From: Octopus vulgaris
Lineage: Eukaryota
Direction: 5' to 3'
NCBI GenBank assembly: GCA_951406725.2
Contig: OX597841.1
Location: 16,678,001-16,742,000, forward strand
Length of the DNA stretch: 64,000 bases
Shown here: in pieces, positions 1 to 13,998 of the stretch
Numbering within the stretch: position 1 is the first letter of the stretch
How the letters are laid out: every line of letters starts with the position of its first letter
Made by a program: the position numbers and the translations under genes
The notes under the pieces: model-generated
The model's database searches: none
Told to the model about the DNA's origin: nothing
The model's input: only the letters and a program-made list of their open reading frames with translations

Positions 1-215
1 TATATCGACCCCCGGAGGGGTGGAATGGAAATTTGACCTCGGACGGAGTGCAAAGTATCGAATCGGAACTAACGCTACAAAAATTCTGTCTGCTGCGATG
101 CTCTAACCTGACTTAGCAATTCCTTGTGTATAAATATATATACACACGTCCATACATACAAACATACATACATACATAAAATGTATATACATACTTACCT
201 ATACATATGTAAATG

Positions 216-261
<46 letters not shown>

Positions 262-279
262 CCTACGTGTGTATGTGTG

Positions 280-375
<96 letters not shown>

Positions 376-621
376 GATACACACGCAGATACACATACAT
401 ATACACACACTCACAAATACGCACATATGCGATAGGCTGCTTTGAATTTCCGTCTAAGAAATCCACTCGCAATACATACATACATACATAGGTAGATAAA
501 TACATACATACACGCACATACTTCCACATATATATACACACACGCATACATACTTCCACATACACACATACATGCATATATATATATATGTCTATGTGTA
601 AGGTGCAGACGCATCGAAGTA

Positions 622-671
<50 letters not shown>

Positions 672-913
672 TACATATATATATATACGCATATATATAT
701 ATGCATACATACATATATATCAAGGAAGCTACACATACAGTCAGACAGAGATAGGTAGATAGATAGACAGATAGATGTATATGAACTTCATACAGCTGTG
801 TCATTTAAACTTCCCTTTAGGATCAACATAAACCGGCAAATCACCGAGGTCTGTTGAACTGAGCTGATCTTTTCGACATTCTTCTCATCCCTCTCTCTGT
901 CTCGCATCACACA

Positions 914-951
<38 letters not shown>

Positions 952-1035
952 CTATCTGTCTGTCTGTCTGTCTGTCTTTCTTTTTACCTATCTATTTCTC
1001 TCTCTCTCTCTCTCTTTATCTATCTTTCTTTTTGC

Positions 1036-1118
<83 letters not shown>

Positions 1119-1129
1119 CCTCGTTGTGA

Positions 1130-1160
<31 letters not shown>

Positions 1161-1535
1161 ATTTGTGTGTGTGTATTTGTGTGCACGCTTGTATTTGCGT
1201 GTCTGTGTGTCCCTCCACATCTCCAATTTCATCACAGCTGCCGTCGCTCCAACATACAATTCTCTTGAAAATATATCGCCCCGATCGAGTTTGGCGAACA
1301 AAATGGTTAAAGCTGTCCTCGGAGTGAATTAAACTTAGATCGTGACCTGGCTCTCCGTCGGTTGCGACGACGAGCGTTCCAATTGGTTCCATCAACGGAA
1401 CGGCCAGTTCGTGAAATTAACGTGCCAGTGGCTGAGTACTCCGCAGACACGCATACCCTTTGACGTAGTTCTCAGGAAGATTCAGCATGACACAGAAGGT
1501 GTCAAGGCTGGCCCTTTGAAGTACAGACACAACAT

Positions 1536-1575
<40 letters not shown>

Positions 1576-2345
1576 CCCGTCGTATTTTTGTATATATATA
1601 TGTGTATGTGTGCGTGTTTGTCTGTCTGTGTTTGTCCCCCCAACATTGCTTGACAACCGATGCTGGTGTGTTTACGTCCCCGTAACCTAGCGGTTCGGCA
1701 AAATAGACAGATAGAATAAGTACCGGGCTTACAAAAGAATAAGTCCCGGGGTCGAGTTGCTCGATTAAAGCCGGTGCTCCAGCATGGCCACAGTCACATG
1801 ACTGAAACAAGTAAAAGAGAGTCGCAACCGACGGAGAGCCGGGTCACGATCTAAGCTTAATTCACTCCGAGGCTTTAGTAGAAAACACTTGCCCAAGGTG
1901 CCACGCAGTGGGACTGAACCCGGAACCATGTGGTTTGGTAAACAAGCTACTTACCACACAGCCACCGTATTTTAATGTGTTTCAATTGATTTTGTTTCAA
2001 TTAATTTTGAAATTACTGAAGAATTTACTAATTTAACTTTGCCCTTATTAACCTTTTGTGTTACCATATTTTTGCTATACAAATCTTTCTTTCAATTAGC
2101 CAAGAATTGAGGAAATTTACTTTGGCATTTTTGACGCTTTTGTTACCGTAATTCCATCGAAATGCGCTGCTTTTATTCTGTTTAATTTTGGACATAATGA
2201 AGAATTTAGTAGAATAACTGCCATTATTAAGTTGGCATTTGGAACGTAAACATAAGACTGTATGTACGTATTACGCACATACACACATATATGCATATAT
2301 ATACACATACATACATACATACATACTTACATATACATATACATA

Positions 2346-2396
<51 letters not shown>

Positions 2397-2765
2397 CGCA
2401 GGAGTGGCTGTGTGGTAAGTAGCTTGTTTACCAACCATACGGTTCCGGGTTCGGTCCCACTGCGTGGCACCTTGGGCAAGTGTTTTCTACTATATATGTA
2501 TCTATTGTTTGAGACTTTGGGTCTGTGTTTGTCCAGCCCCACCATCGCTTGACAACCGATGTTCTTGTGTTTAGTTTATGTCCCTGTAACGTAGCGGTTC
2601 GTCAAAAAGAGGCCGATAGCATAAGTACTAGGCTTACAAAGAATAACTCCTGGGGTTGATTTCTTCGACTAAGACACTTTAAGGCGGTGCTCCAGCATGG
2701 ACGCAATCAAATGACTGAGACAAGTAAACGAATATAAGTATTAAAGAAATGCGTGCAATGCCACG

Positions 2766-2804
<39 letters not shown>

Positions 2805-2824
2805 ATATATATAGACATACATAT

Positions 2825-2997
2825 AGGCGCAGGAGTGGCTGTGTGGTAAGTAGCTTGCTAACCAACCACATGGTTCCAGGTTCAGTCCTACTGCGTGGCA
2901 TCTTGGGCAAGTGTCTTCTGCTATAGCCCCGGGTCGACTAATGCCTTGTAAGTAGATTTGGTAGACGGAAACTGAAAGAAGCCTGTTTGTATATATG

Positions 2998-3028
<31 letters not shown>

Positions 3029-3232
3029 TTCTGTGTTTGTCCCCCTAGCATTGCTTGACAACCGATGCTGGTGTGTTTACGTCCCCGTCACTTAGCGGTT
3101 CGGCTTAAGAGACCGATAGAATAAGTACTGGGCTTACAAAAGAATAAGTCCCGGGGTCGATTTGCTCGACTAAAGGCGGTGCTCCATCATGGCCGCAGTC
3201 AAATGACCGAAACTAGTAAAAGAGTAAAGAGT
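2825..3232 (+). mobile_element. tRNA-derived SINE family B, full length, internal microsatellite
   Basis: A-box TGGCTGTGTGG, B-box GGTTCAGTCC, CTTGGGCAAGT core-like motif, tail ..GCCGCAGTCAAATGAC.GAAAC.AGTAAAAGAG; another copy at 2395-2740. Confidence 0.9.
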
Positions 3233-3245
3233 ATATATATACATA

Positions 3246-3311
<66 letters not shown>

Positions 3312-3312
<1 letters not shown>

Positions 3313-3436
3313 ACGATGGTGGGGCTGAAAAGACCCTGATTCTGGGTAAAAGGAAATACAGGAAAATCAGTTAATTATGATTTCATTCCACATATTCCCC
3401 TCTCAGCTTCAAACACTTATTACAGCAATCCTTCAG
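3312..3436 (-). mobile_element. Mariner 3' end fragment
   Basis: Minus strand LKDCCNKCLKLRGEYVE* (cf. RW.KCI..G.YVE) next to TIR-like TACGATGGTGGGGCTGAAAAG. Confidence 0.65.
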
Positions 3437-3832
3437 TGTATGTTTGTGTGTATTTATACTACAACGCTGTGTTTGCGTCCTAGTAACTTAGTGGTTCGGC
3501 AAAAGAGACAGATAGAGTAAGTAATAGGAGCACTCCTTCGGTTGCGACGATGAGGGTCCCAGCTGATACGATCAACGGAACAGCCTGCTCGTGATATTAA
3601 CGTGCAAGTGGCTGAGCACTCCACAGACACGTGTACCCTTAACGTAGTTCTCGAGGAGATTCAGCGTGACACACAGAATGTGACAAGGCTGGCCCTTTGA
3701 AATACAGGTACAAGAGAAACAGGAAGACGCACATAGAAGACACACAGACACAGACACACACACACACAGATACTCACAGACACACACGTGTATAAATGTA
3801 CGTGTGTGTGTGTGTAGATATATAGATATGGA

Positions 3833-4220
3833 TGGAAGCACTCCGTCGGTTACGACGACGAGGGTTCCGGTTGATCCGAATCAACGGAACAGCCTGCTCG
3901 TGAAATTAACGTGTAAGTTGCTGAGCACTCCACAGACACGTGCACCCTTAACGTAGTTCTCGGGGATATTCAGCGTGACACAGAGAGTGACAAGGCCGGC
4001 CCCTTTGAAATACAGGTACAACAGAAACAGGAAGTAAGAGTGAGAGAAAGTTGTGGTGAAAGAGTACAGCAGGGATCACCACCATCCCCTGCCGGGGCCT
4101 CGTGGAGCTTTTGAGTGTTTTCGCTCAATAAACACTCACAATGCCCGGTCTGGGAATCGAAACCGCGATCCTCCGACCGCGAGTCCGCTGCCCTAACCAC
4201 TGGGCCATTGCGCCTCCACA
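3833..4220 (-). mobile_element. SINE family A, full length
   Basis: Near-identical reverse complement of 28957-29342. Confidence 0.9.
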
Positions 4221-4885
4221 GAGTAAGTAATAGACTTAAAGAAAAAGAAATATAATAGAAGCACCGAAGTCGATTCATTTGATTAAATGTTCCCCAAGGC
4301 GGTGTCCCAACATGGCATCAGCTTAAAGCATGAAACGATTAAAGATAAAAGATTAAAGATTTTTAAAAATCCTATACTATCAGTTAATAACTAACTTAAA
4401 ATATGTTGTTTTTTTTTGTTTTATTAAATTAATTGCTTGTGATATTTAGCAAAAAAGCATGACTTAATTACTTTGACTTTCTCATTCGCTTTGACAGTTT
4501 CTTTTTCCGGACACAAAATAAACATATCATGACAAAAAAAAAAAGAAAAGAAAAGAAATGCAAAACCTGAGCTTATCTCAAATTGCCGTCACAAACAAAA
4601 GTAAATGTTGGAAAAAATTCTCAATATAGACGGGTTAAATTCCTGGATTTATTTTATAACAACTATCAACGGAAGATACAAACAAACAAAAAATCATTTA
4701 ACAAACAAACAAAAAAAAGAAGCAAATTATTCCACGTCAACGTTTGACAAAAATTATCTCATAAAACTTTCCCACAAAAACGCCTCCAGATATCATCATA
4801 ATAACGTTTATATTCACCACTAAAACGTGGATTTTATCATTATCTTCATCATTTATTTCATAATTTTTCCCTTTATAAATTCATC

Positions 4886-4927
<42 letters not shown>

Positions 4928-5248
4928 TTAATTGTATGTATGTATACTTGTATATCCTGTAATATGTTTTCTACATACATTAATTTACATACGTATTTCT
5001 TTGCTGTCAATTATTTTTATGTGGTATATGTATTATATTATATATACATCATTTGATTAAATTTTCTCTATCATATTATTATGTCATTATGTTATCATAC
5101 CTTATTGATATCATCTGCATTATGCATATTTTACGCATTATATATATATATCATATGCGTATTATATATTTTATCTCATGAAACATACACGCAAACATAC
5201 ATATACATATGAAAATATATAGATATACTTATATATATATACATTTAT

Positions 5249-5291
<43 letters not shown>

Positions 5292-5624
5292 TAGATACAT
5301 ATATATATATATATGGTGTACACTTACTATATTATGTGTTTCATTATATATTGTGTAGCATATTGTACAAAATAATAAAATTCATATCATATGTGTGTGT
5401 GTATGTGTGTGTGTGTATGTGTGTGTGTATGTGTGTATGTGTGTCTTTTGTATATGTTTTTTCTACATTTTATCTCTCATATTTTTATATATTATAATGT
5501 TGCAATTTAATTCTTTCCATCATATATATATATATGTGTGTGTTTATATATATATATACATATACATACGTATATATATATATGTATATATATACACATA
5601 TACATACATATATATATATGTGTG

Positions 5625-5655
<31 letters not shown>

Positions 5656-5894
5656 TGCTAGATATAAGAGCTAAATTATTCTAATGTAGTAAGAAAAGCA
5701 CATAAATACATATATATACGCCCAGAGGGAGCTGCAATCGCCCAAAATCACCGACTCGAGAATTCCTTTGACAAAACGTTCAATTTCGGCTATTTCCGTA
5801 ATCACTTTTTACGAGTCGCTTTTTACCGAATCAGTTAAAATCCATATACTCTACATACACGCACGCACTTACACGCGCGCGTGCGCACACACAC

Positions 5895-5966
<72 letters not shown>

Positions 5967-6187
5967 GTTCCTTTTCTTTTTCTTTTTTTTCTTTTTATTC
6001 TTTTTATATATTTTTTTTTTTGTTCTTTTCTTCCCTTTTACGATCCCTCTTGATCGAAAACCTACGCCACCCCTTTTTTTTTCTTTTGTTTTTTGTTTTT
6101 TTCATCCCCCAAAAGAAAAGCTCTACCTTGTAACTTGTCCCATCTGTGTGCAGCCCTGTGTGGCCAATAAAGAAACTTATCTATCTA

Positions 6188-6224
<37 letters not shown>

Positions 6225-6527
6225 ATATCACCGTGATCACCGTGACTGACAAGGCTATCAGATGTTGCTACTCATCGCTGGTCACAATGCATCTCGTATT
6301 GTTTTAGCCTTCAAATGACGCCACCCCACTGGCTAAAAGAACATGCCAACAGAAGAAAGAGTGAAAGAAATAGTGGTGAAAGAGTACAGCAGGGATCACC
6401 ACCACCCCCTGCCGGAGTCTCGTGGAGCTTTTAGGTGTTTTCGCTCAACAAACACCCATAACGTCCGGTCTGGGAATCGAAACCGCGACTCCGCTGCGCT
6501 AGCCACTGGGCCATTTGCGCCTCCACA
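6225..6527 (-). mobile_element. SINE family A head with alternative tail
   Basis: Shares head/body with family A but ends GTAGCAACATCTGATAG..GGTCACGGTGAT; same type at 34093-34333(+). Confidence 0.8.
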
Positions 6528-6546
6528 CAGACAGACACACACACAC

Positions 6547-6600
<54 letters not shown>

Positions 6601-6602
<2 letters not shown>

Positions 6603-6957
6603 GACGACGAGGGTTCCGGTTGATCCGATCAACGGAACAGCTTGCTCGTGAAATTAACGTGTAAGTGGCTGAGCACTCCTTAACGTAGTACCCTTAGTAC
6701 CTCAGAGATATTCAGCGTGACACAGAGTGTGACAAGGCCGGCCCTATGAAATACAGGTACAACAGAAACAGGAAGTAAGAGTGAGAGAAAGTTGTGGCGA
6801 AAGAGTACAGCAGGGATCGCCACCACCCCATGCCGGAGCCTCGTGGAGCTTTAGGTGTTTACGCTCAATAAACACTCACAACACCCGGTCTGGGAATCGA
6901 AACCGCGATCCTACAACCGCGAGTCCGCTGCCCTAACCACTTGGCCATTGCGCCTCC

Positions 6958-6960
<3 letters not shown>
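6601..6960 (-). mobile_element. SINE family A
   Basis: Same head and body, flanked by (TA)n. Confidence 0.9.
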
Positions 6961-7029
<69 letters not shown>

Positions 7030-7036
<7 letters not shown>

Positions 7037-7041
7037 TACAC

Positions 7042-7096
<55 letters not shown>

Positions 7097-7750
7097 ACAC
7101 ACTCACCCATACACACACACACACACGTACGCACTCACCCCTACACACATACACACACGTACACACTCACCCCTACACACATACACACACACCCATACAC
7201 ACACACTCACAAACACGTGTGTTCTTTTTTCTCTTATTCTAGTATTTGTTTTAAGTCATTTTGACTGTGGCCAAGCTGGAGCAACACCTTGAGGGAGTTT
7301 TAGTGGCACAAATAAACCCTGGGACTTAACATTTATCCTAAGCCTGGTACTTACTCAATCGGCATCTTTTGCCGAACCGCTAAGCTGTGGGAACCTAAAC
7401 ACAACGACAACAGTTGTCATGTGTTGATGGAGGCGGGGGGGGGGCAGAAATAAAGACACACACACAAACATACACATTTGGTTAAGTAAGAATGGGTTAC
7501 ACAAGGCTCGTCCAAAGTTATTGGCTACCTGATGTTATCATAAGGTGAGTAGAAACTGTTGTAGGTCTTCTAATAAAGAATGCCATTAATTACATTTTGT
7601 ATCATTTGTCTATGAATATATATATATGTATGTATGTACATATGTATGTATGTGTGTATATATGTATGTACGTACGTATATGTATATATATGCATACGTA
7701 CACACACACATATATATATATGTAATAGATATACTCACATACATTTATAG

Positions 7751-7790
<40 letters not shown>

Positions 7791-8603
7791 CTATAAATGT
7801 ATGTGAGTATATCTATTACATATATATATATGTGTGTGTGTACGTATGCATATATATACATATACGTACGTACATACATATATACACACATACATACATA
7901 TGTACATACATACATATATATATATTCATAGACAAATGATACAAAATGTAATTAATGGCATTCTTTATTAGAAGACCTACAACAGTTTCTACTCACCTTA
8001 TGATAACATCAGGTAGCCAATAACTTTGGACGAGCCTTGTGTAACCCATTCTTACTTAACCAAATGTGTATGTTTGTGTGTGTGTCTTTATTTCTGCCCC
8101 CCCCGCCTCCATCAACACATGACAACTGTTGTCGTTGTGTTTAGGTTCCCACAGCTTAGCGGTTCGGCAAAAGATGCCGATTGAGTAAGTACCAGGCTTA
8201 GGATAAATGTTAAGTCCCAGGGTTTATTTGTGCCACTAAAACTCCCTCAAGGTGTTGCTCCAGCTTAGCCACAGTCAAAATGACTTAAAACAAATACTAG
8301 AATGAAAAAGAACACACGTGTTTGTGAGTGTGTGTGTATGGGTGTGTGTGTATGTGTGTAGGGGTGAGTGTGTACGTGTGTGTATGTGTGTAGGGGTGAG
8401 TGCGTACGTGTGTGTGTGTATGGGTGATTGTGTACGTGTGTGTGTGTGTGTATGGGTGAGTGTACGTGTGTGTGTGCGTGTGTACGGGTGAGTGTGTACG
8501 TGTGTGTGTGTGTGGGGTGAGTGTGTACGTGTGTGTGTGGGGGGTGTACGTGTGTGTGTGTGTGTGTGGGCACGGGTGAGTGTGTACGTGTGTGTGTGTG
8601 TAT
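7030..8603. repeat. ~1.55 kb near-perfect palindrome (inverted duplication)
   Basis: Centre 7770/7771 inside (AT)n; 7741-7800 is self-complementary; arms match out to the CACACGTACACACTCACCC minisatellite. Confidence 0.95.
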
Positions 8604-8924
8604 TGTCAGGTCACGCTTGGTGTTACTAGTAACATGTGACCCGGCACAACTTGTCACTTAGTCGTGTCGTCAGCGTCAAAATCCTGAACCCTACGAAGCT
8701 ACTTTGGTAAAAAAAAAAGATAGTTTCCGTTGGAAAACCCCGCAGAAATGTAAAAACGAGCTTGCCTAAGGAGGGATGAACTCAGTTGAGTAAAAGGTCA
8801 GCTAGGTCTAAGAGACCCCTAGTCCTTGATGAGACGTATCTTTACGAGAAAGAAATTACAAAATGACGCCTGACGCATTTCAAGGATGGAGTCCTTGCTC
8901 TTCCTTGTTTCTGGACAACTTGGC

Positions 8925-10243
8925 TTTAGGTGAGAGTGTTAGCTTTGGGTGATAATCTTAGCTTTGAGCGAGGGTTTTTAGCTTTGTGTGAGAATCTTAG
9001 CTCTGAGAGAGAGTCGTAGCTGTAGGTGAGAGTCGTAGCTTTGGGTGAGAGTCTTAGCTTTGAGCGAGGGTCTTAGCTTTGTGTGAGAATCTTAGCTCTG
9101 AAAGAGAGTCGTAGCTTTAGGTGAGAGTCGTAGCTTTGGGTGAGAGTCGTAGCTTTGGGTGAGGGTCTTAGCTTTGAGCGAGGGTCTTAGTTTTGCATGA
9201 TAATCTTAGCTCTGAGAGAGAGTCGTAGCTTTAGGTGAGAGTCGTAGCTTTGGTATAAGAGTCTTAGCTTTGAGCGAGGGTCTTAGCTTTGCATGATAAT
9301 CTTAGCTCTGAGAGAGAGTCGTAGCTTTAGGTGAGAGTCGTAGCTTTGGGTGAGAGTCTTAACTTTGAGCGAGGGTTTTAGCTTTGTGTGAGAATCTTAG
9401 CTCTGAGAGAGAGTCGTAGCTTTAGGTGAGAGTCGTAGCTTTGGGTGAGAATCGTAGCTTTGGGTGAGGGTCTTAGCTTTTAGCGAGGGTTTTAGCTTCG
9501 TTTGAGAATCTTAGCTCTGAGAGAGAGTCGTAACTTTAGTTGAGAGTCGTAGCTTTGGGTGAGAGTCTTAGCTTTGGTATAAGAGTCTTAGCTTTGCGGG
9601 AGAATCTTAGTTCTGAGAGAGTCGTAGCTTTAGGTGAGAGTCGTAGCTTTGGGTGAGAGTCTTACCTTTGGGTGAGAGTCTTAGCTTTGGTATAAGAGTC
9701 TTAGCGCTGAGAGAGAGTCGTAGCTTTAGTTGAGAGTCGTAGCTTTGGGTGAGAGTCGTAGCTTTGGGTGAGGGTCTTAGCTTTGAGCGATGGTTTTAGC
9801 TTTGTGTGAGAATCTTAGCTCTGAGAGAGAGTCGTAGCTTTAGTTGAGAGTCGTAGCTTTGGTATAAGAGTCTTACCTTCGGGTGAGAGTCTTAGCTTTG
9901 GTATAAGAGTCTTAGCGCTGAGAGAGAGTCGTAGCTTTAGTTGAGAGTCGTAGCTTTGGGTGAGAGTCGTAGCTTTGGGTGAGGGTCTTAGCTTTGAGCG
10001 ATGGTTTTAGCTTTGTGTGAGAATCTTAGCTCTGAGAGAGAGTCGTAGCTTTAGTTGAGAGTCGTAGCTTTGGTATAAGAGTCTTAGCTTTGCGTGAGAA
10101 TCTTAGCTTTCAGTGAGAGACTTAGTTTTACGGGAGAACCTTAGCTCTGAGAGAGAGAGTCTTAGTTTTAGGTAAGAGTCTTAGCTTTAGGTAAGAGTCT
10201 AAGCTTTCGGTGAGTGACTTAGCTTTCGGTTGACAGTCTTAGC
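8925..10243. repeat. 19-bp minisatellite with higher-order structure (~69 monomers)
   Basis: Monomers GAGAGTCGTAGCTTTGGGT, GAGAGTCTTAGCTTTGAGC, GAGGGTCTTAGCTTTGTGT, GAGAATCTTAGCTCTGAGA, GAGAGTCGTAGCTTTAGGT recur in fixed order. Confidence 0.95.
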
Positions 10244-10400
10244 AGATGTTATTGAATTTAAATTTCAGTACGGACATCGATGACGGCCATTTTCCTTTTG
10301 GCAAATGGAAATTTGTCAGAGATGGTAACACGTGACTAGGAGTCGACAGCCGCCATATGTGTGTGCATGTTTGAATGCATGTTTATATACATATGATATA

Positions 10401-10439
<39 letters not shown>

Positions 10440-10570
10440 TACACATGCATGTGCATATATAAAGTCCTGCATTTATGCACGAATGCAGGAATGAATTAAT
10501 GCATGTATTATATATATATAAATATATGTGTATGTGCGTGTATATATACATATATATGTGTATGTGTGTA

Positions 10571-10616
<46 letters not shown>

Positions 10617-10727
10617 GATATATAAGTGTGTGTGTGTTTATACATATATTTATATAAGCAGAAAGATATATGTATATATATATATATGTATACATATATT
10701 TTTAAGCTTATATAAATATATGTATAA

Positions 10728-10782
<55 letters not shown>

Positions 10783-10943
10783 TGTATGCAGTATGTAGCA
10801 TGTACATTAATATATACACACATTTTTGCATTAATGTATATTTGTGTGTACATGTATATATATATTGTATGAATATGCATATATATCATTACGTAGATAG
10901 ACGTATGTTTGCGTAGGAAAAATATATGCATATTCATGTATGC

Positions 10944-11007
<64 letters not shown>

Positions 11008-11018
11008 TTATATGTACG

Positions 11019-11051
<33 letters not shown>

Positions 11052-11110
11052 ACATACATTTATAAGTACGTATATATATATATATGTATGTATACATACA
11101 TTTACACTAC

Positions 11111-11153
<43 letters not shown>

Positions 11154-11614
11154 TAATTATTTCACATGGTACATCAGATATTCTCCTCCAAGCTAAAAAT
11201 CTCTACTAGAACGCGCAATAAAGATGGTTGAGCGATAGGTAACTTAATTTATTGCGGGCCTTAAACGAATGAAGAGCAGGGAACCACACACAAAAAACAC
11301 ACAAAAAAGCAAACAAACAAACAGGAAAACGAAAAACCAAAAAAAAAAAAAAAAAGAAGCAGAATAAAATAGAAAGAAGAAAAAGAGGAACGCATTTCCA
11401 GGCAAATACATATATTATTATAAAATATATATATTTTCATTATTGCAACGCAAAATGTATTTTTCTGCAGAACGTGCTGCACATCCGCAGGTGCAGTCCG
11501 AACCTTCATCAACCGGTTAAATGGAAAGGAAATTTCATTTATGCAGGAAATATATGTAGGCGTAAGGAAATCTACATACATACATGCATATATATATATA
11601 TGTATATATATGCA

Positions 11615-11722
<108 letters not shown>

Positions 11723-12063
11723 CATATATTTATATATACATGCTTACATATATATATTTATATAATATAGTATATATATATATATATAATATAGTATTCG
11801 TTCGCTTCGTTCCGTTCTTATTCTCCCAGTACTGTTTTATATATATATATATATACATACATATATAGTATATATATATACATATATATATTATATATAG
11901 TATAAATATATATATATACATACACATATACGTATGCATATATACGTGCATGTTTGTGTGTATACATATCTATATATATAATATATAATATATTTATATA
12001 ATATACAGTTTATATAAATATATATATCTATGTATATATATATAAATATATATATATATAGTT

Positions 12064-12109
<46 letters not shown>

Positions 12110-12641
12110 ATACATATAGTTTATATATATATAAATGGGAGTGTGTGTATGATATATGGGGCTTATTATAGACACTGATGGGAGAATTAAATGCTTGGTT
12201 TAACAGCTCTTAAATTTTGAATATTTCATATTTTATGATATTCTGTTCATCTAAAATATGACCCCGAATATAGTTTACAAACCCACCAACACTTACATGT
12301 GCGTATATATATATATGTGTGTGTGTGTTTGTGTTGTGTGTGTATGTATAAAAATACAACCTGGGACAAGAACGCAAAACATTTAGGAGACGATACAGAA
12401 CACACGGGCGGGACATTCGAAGCCTTCAATCCTCAGTCAAGAACCGGATCATCCTTGCAATTTCGGCAGATTAATCTTGAGATTGCTCCAATCTGGCCAG
12501 CCCCAAGGACAAACTAAGCTACGAGCATTAGATTTCTTGGAAAAAGGGTCGAATGTATACAAAACAAGGACGGAAAACGGACGATGTTACACAAATATGA
12601 ATACAAAAATAATATATATATATATATTTATATATATATAT

Positions 12642-12886
12642 GTCCAAGCTTTGGTATCGAGAGTTACACAAATACTAGAACTGGACGCCACTACGTAGTG
12701 CCAAGGACTCCAAATTTGCCATCAAGATGTTGGACAAGATACTGTGATAGCCTGGATCTCCAGGAAGAGATCCAGTTTTATTATAAAAACATCCACCCCA
12801 TGCCGGTCTCTCAGGTTCTTCGGGAGGATATTGAAGAGCTGTGGGCCTCTGAAGCCCAGGCTATCACAGTATCTTGTCCAACATCT
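12642..12886. mobile_element. CR1/L2-like LINE 3' fragment with internal inversion
   Basis: Plus strand PSFGIESYTNTRTGRHYVVP..RYCDSL continues on the minus strand as RYCDSLGFRGPQLFNILPKNLRD..KLDLFL. Confidence 0.75.
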
Positions 12887-12945
12887 CTATAATATTTTTA
12901 TTTGATCAAACGCCAGGTATCCATTTCCAAGTAAGTTTTATCTTA

Positions 12946-13011
<66 letters not shown>

Positions 13012-13012
13012 A

Positions 13013-13379
13013 TCAAAGAAGCTTGAGAAATGGTTGGATGGAACTTACACTCGCCTCCTCAAAATCTCTCGTGGAAGCGTCATCCAACTAAAATGCAAAT
13101 ATATGGGAAACTAGCACCTGTGTCATCTCTTGTGAAAGGTAGGAGAGTCCAGTTTGCTGGACATTGTTGTAGAGCTGAAAACAAGGCAATTTCTACTCTT
13201 CTCCTCTGGACGTCATCTACTCGTGATACCAGAGGGTGCACACTCTCCTACCCTGATGTAATCTCCAGGGATACAGGCATCCAGCAACAGGACCTCTGTA
13301 ATGCCATGATGGACCGTGAAGTCTGGCGTAGCATGGTAAATTCCATTGTCTCGACCACAGTCGAACAATGATGATGATG
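13013..13379 (+). mobile_element. RTE-clade LINE 3' end
   Basis: SKKLEKWLDGTYTRLL..NLSWKRH..RRVQFAGHCCR..LLLW..AMMDREVWR..* plus (TGA)n tail; partial second copy 13442-13541. Confidence 0.85.
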
Positions 13380-13380
13380 T

Positions 13381-13435
<55 letters not shown>

Positions 13436-13845
13436 ATACATATCATCTCTTGTGAAAGGTAGGAGAGTCCAGTTTGCTGGACATTGTTGTAGAGCTGAAA
13501 GCAAGGTAATTTCTACTCTTCTCCTCTGGAAGCCATCTACTAAGAAAACACTTGGCCAAGGTGCTACTGAAGCCTGAAGCATACGGTTGGAAAGCAAGAT
13601 TCTTAACACACAGCCACCTGTTCAATCAAATAAAGAAACAATGAAAAATAACAAGAAATAGATAAATAAATACATTTATTAATTCAATTTACATCGAATA
13701 TTTTTTTTTTATCGATTACAGTAAATAATGATTTACAAGAAATTTCTTTTCTGAAATTGCATAAAAAATCGGATTAAGCGCTTTGACAGCTTGGCTAATT
13801 TGGACAAGTTGGTAGGAGGTCAAAAAATAATAAACAATAGGTCTG

Positions 13846-13883
<38 letters not shown>

Positions 13884-13998
13884 GTTTAAATATTTGTTGT
13901 GCAAGATTTTTTATGTGAAGTCGTGTGTTGAAACAGATATTGTTATATTTCGGAATGGTCATATTGCCAGTTTAGCCAATAAGTGAGAAGAAAACAAA

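Noticed and set aside
4740-4825. Minus-strand peptide GEYKRYYDDIWRRFCGKVL* after TTTTAG
   Set aside because: Short, weak acceptor and no recognisable family or partner exon.
8925-10243. CRISPR-like periodicity
   Set aside because: Monomers are contiguous with no unique spacers, there are no cas genes, and the context is eukaryotic.
12345-12610. PLE-like island with CTGAGGA and GAAATTGCAA on the minus strand (similar case at 53160-53200)
   Set aside because: The motifs are in permuted order and I could not build consistent stems.
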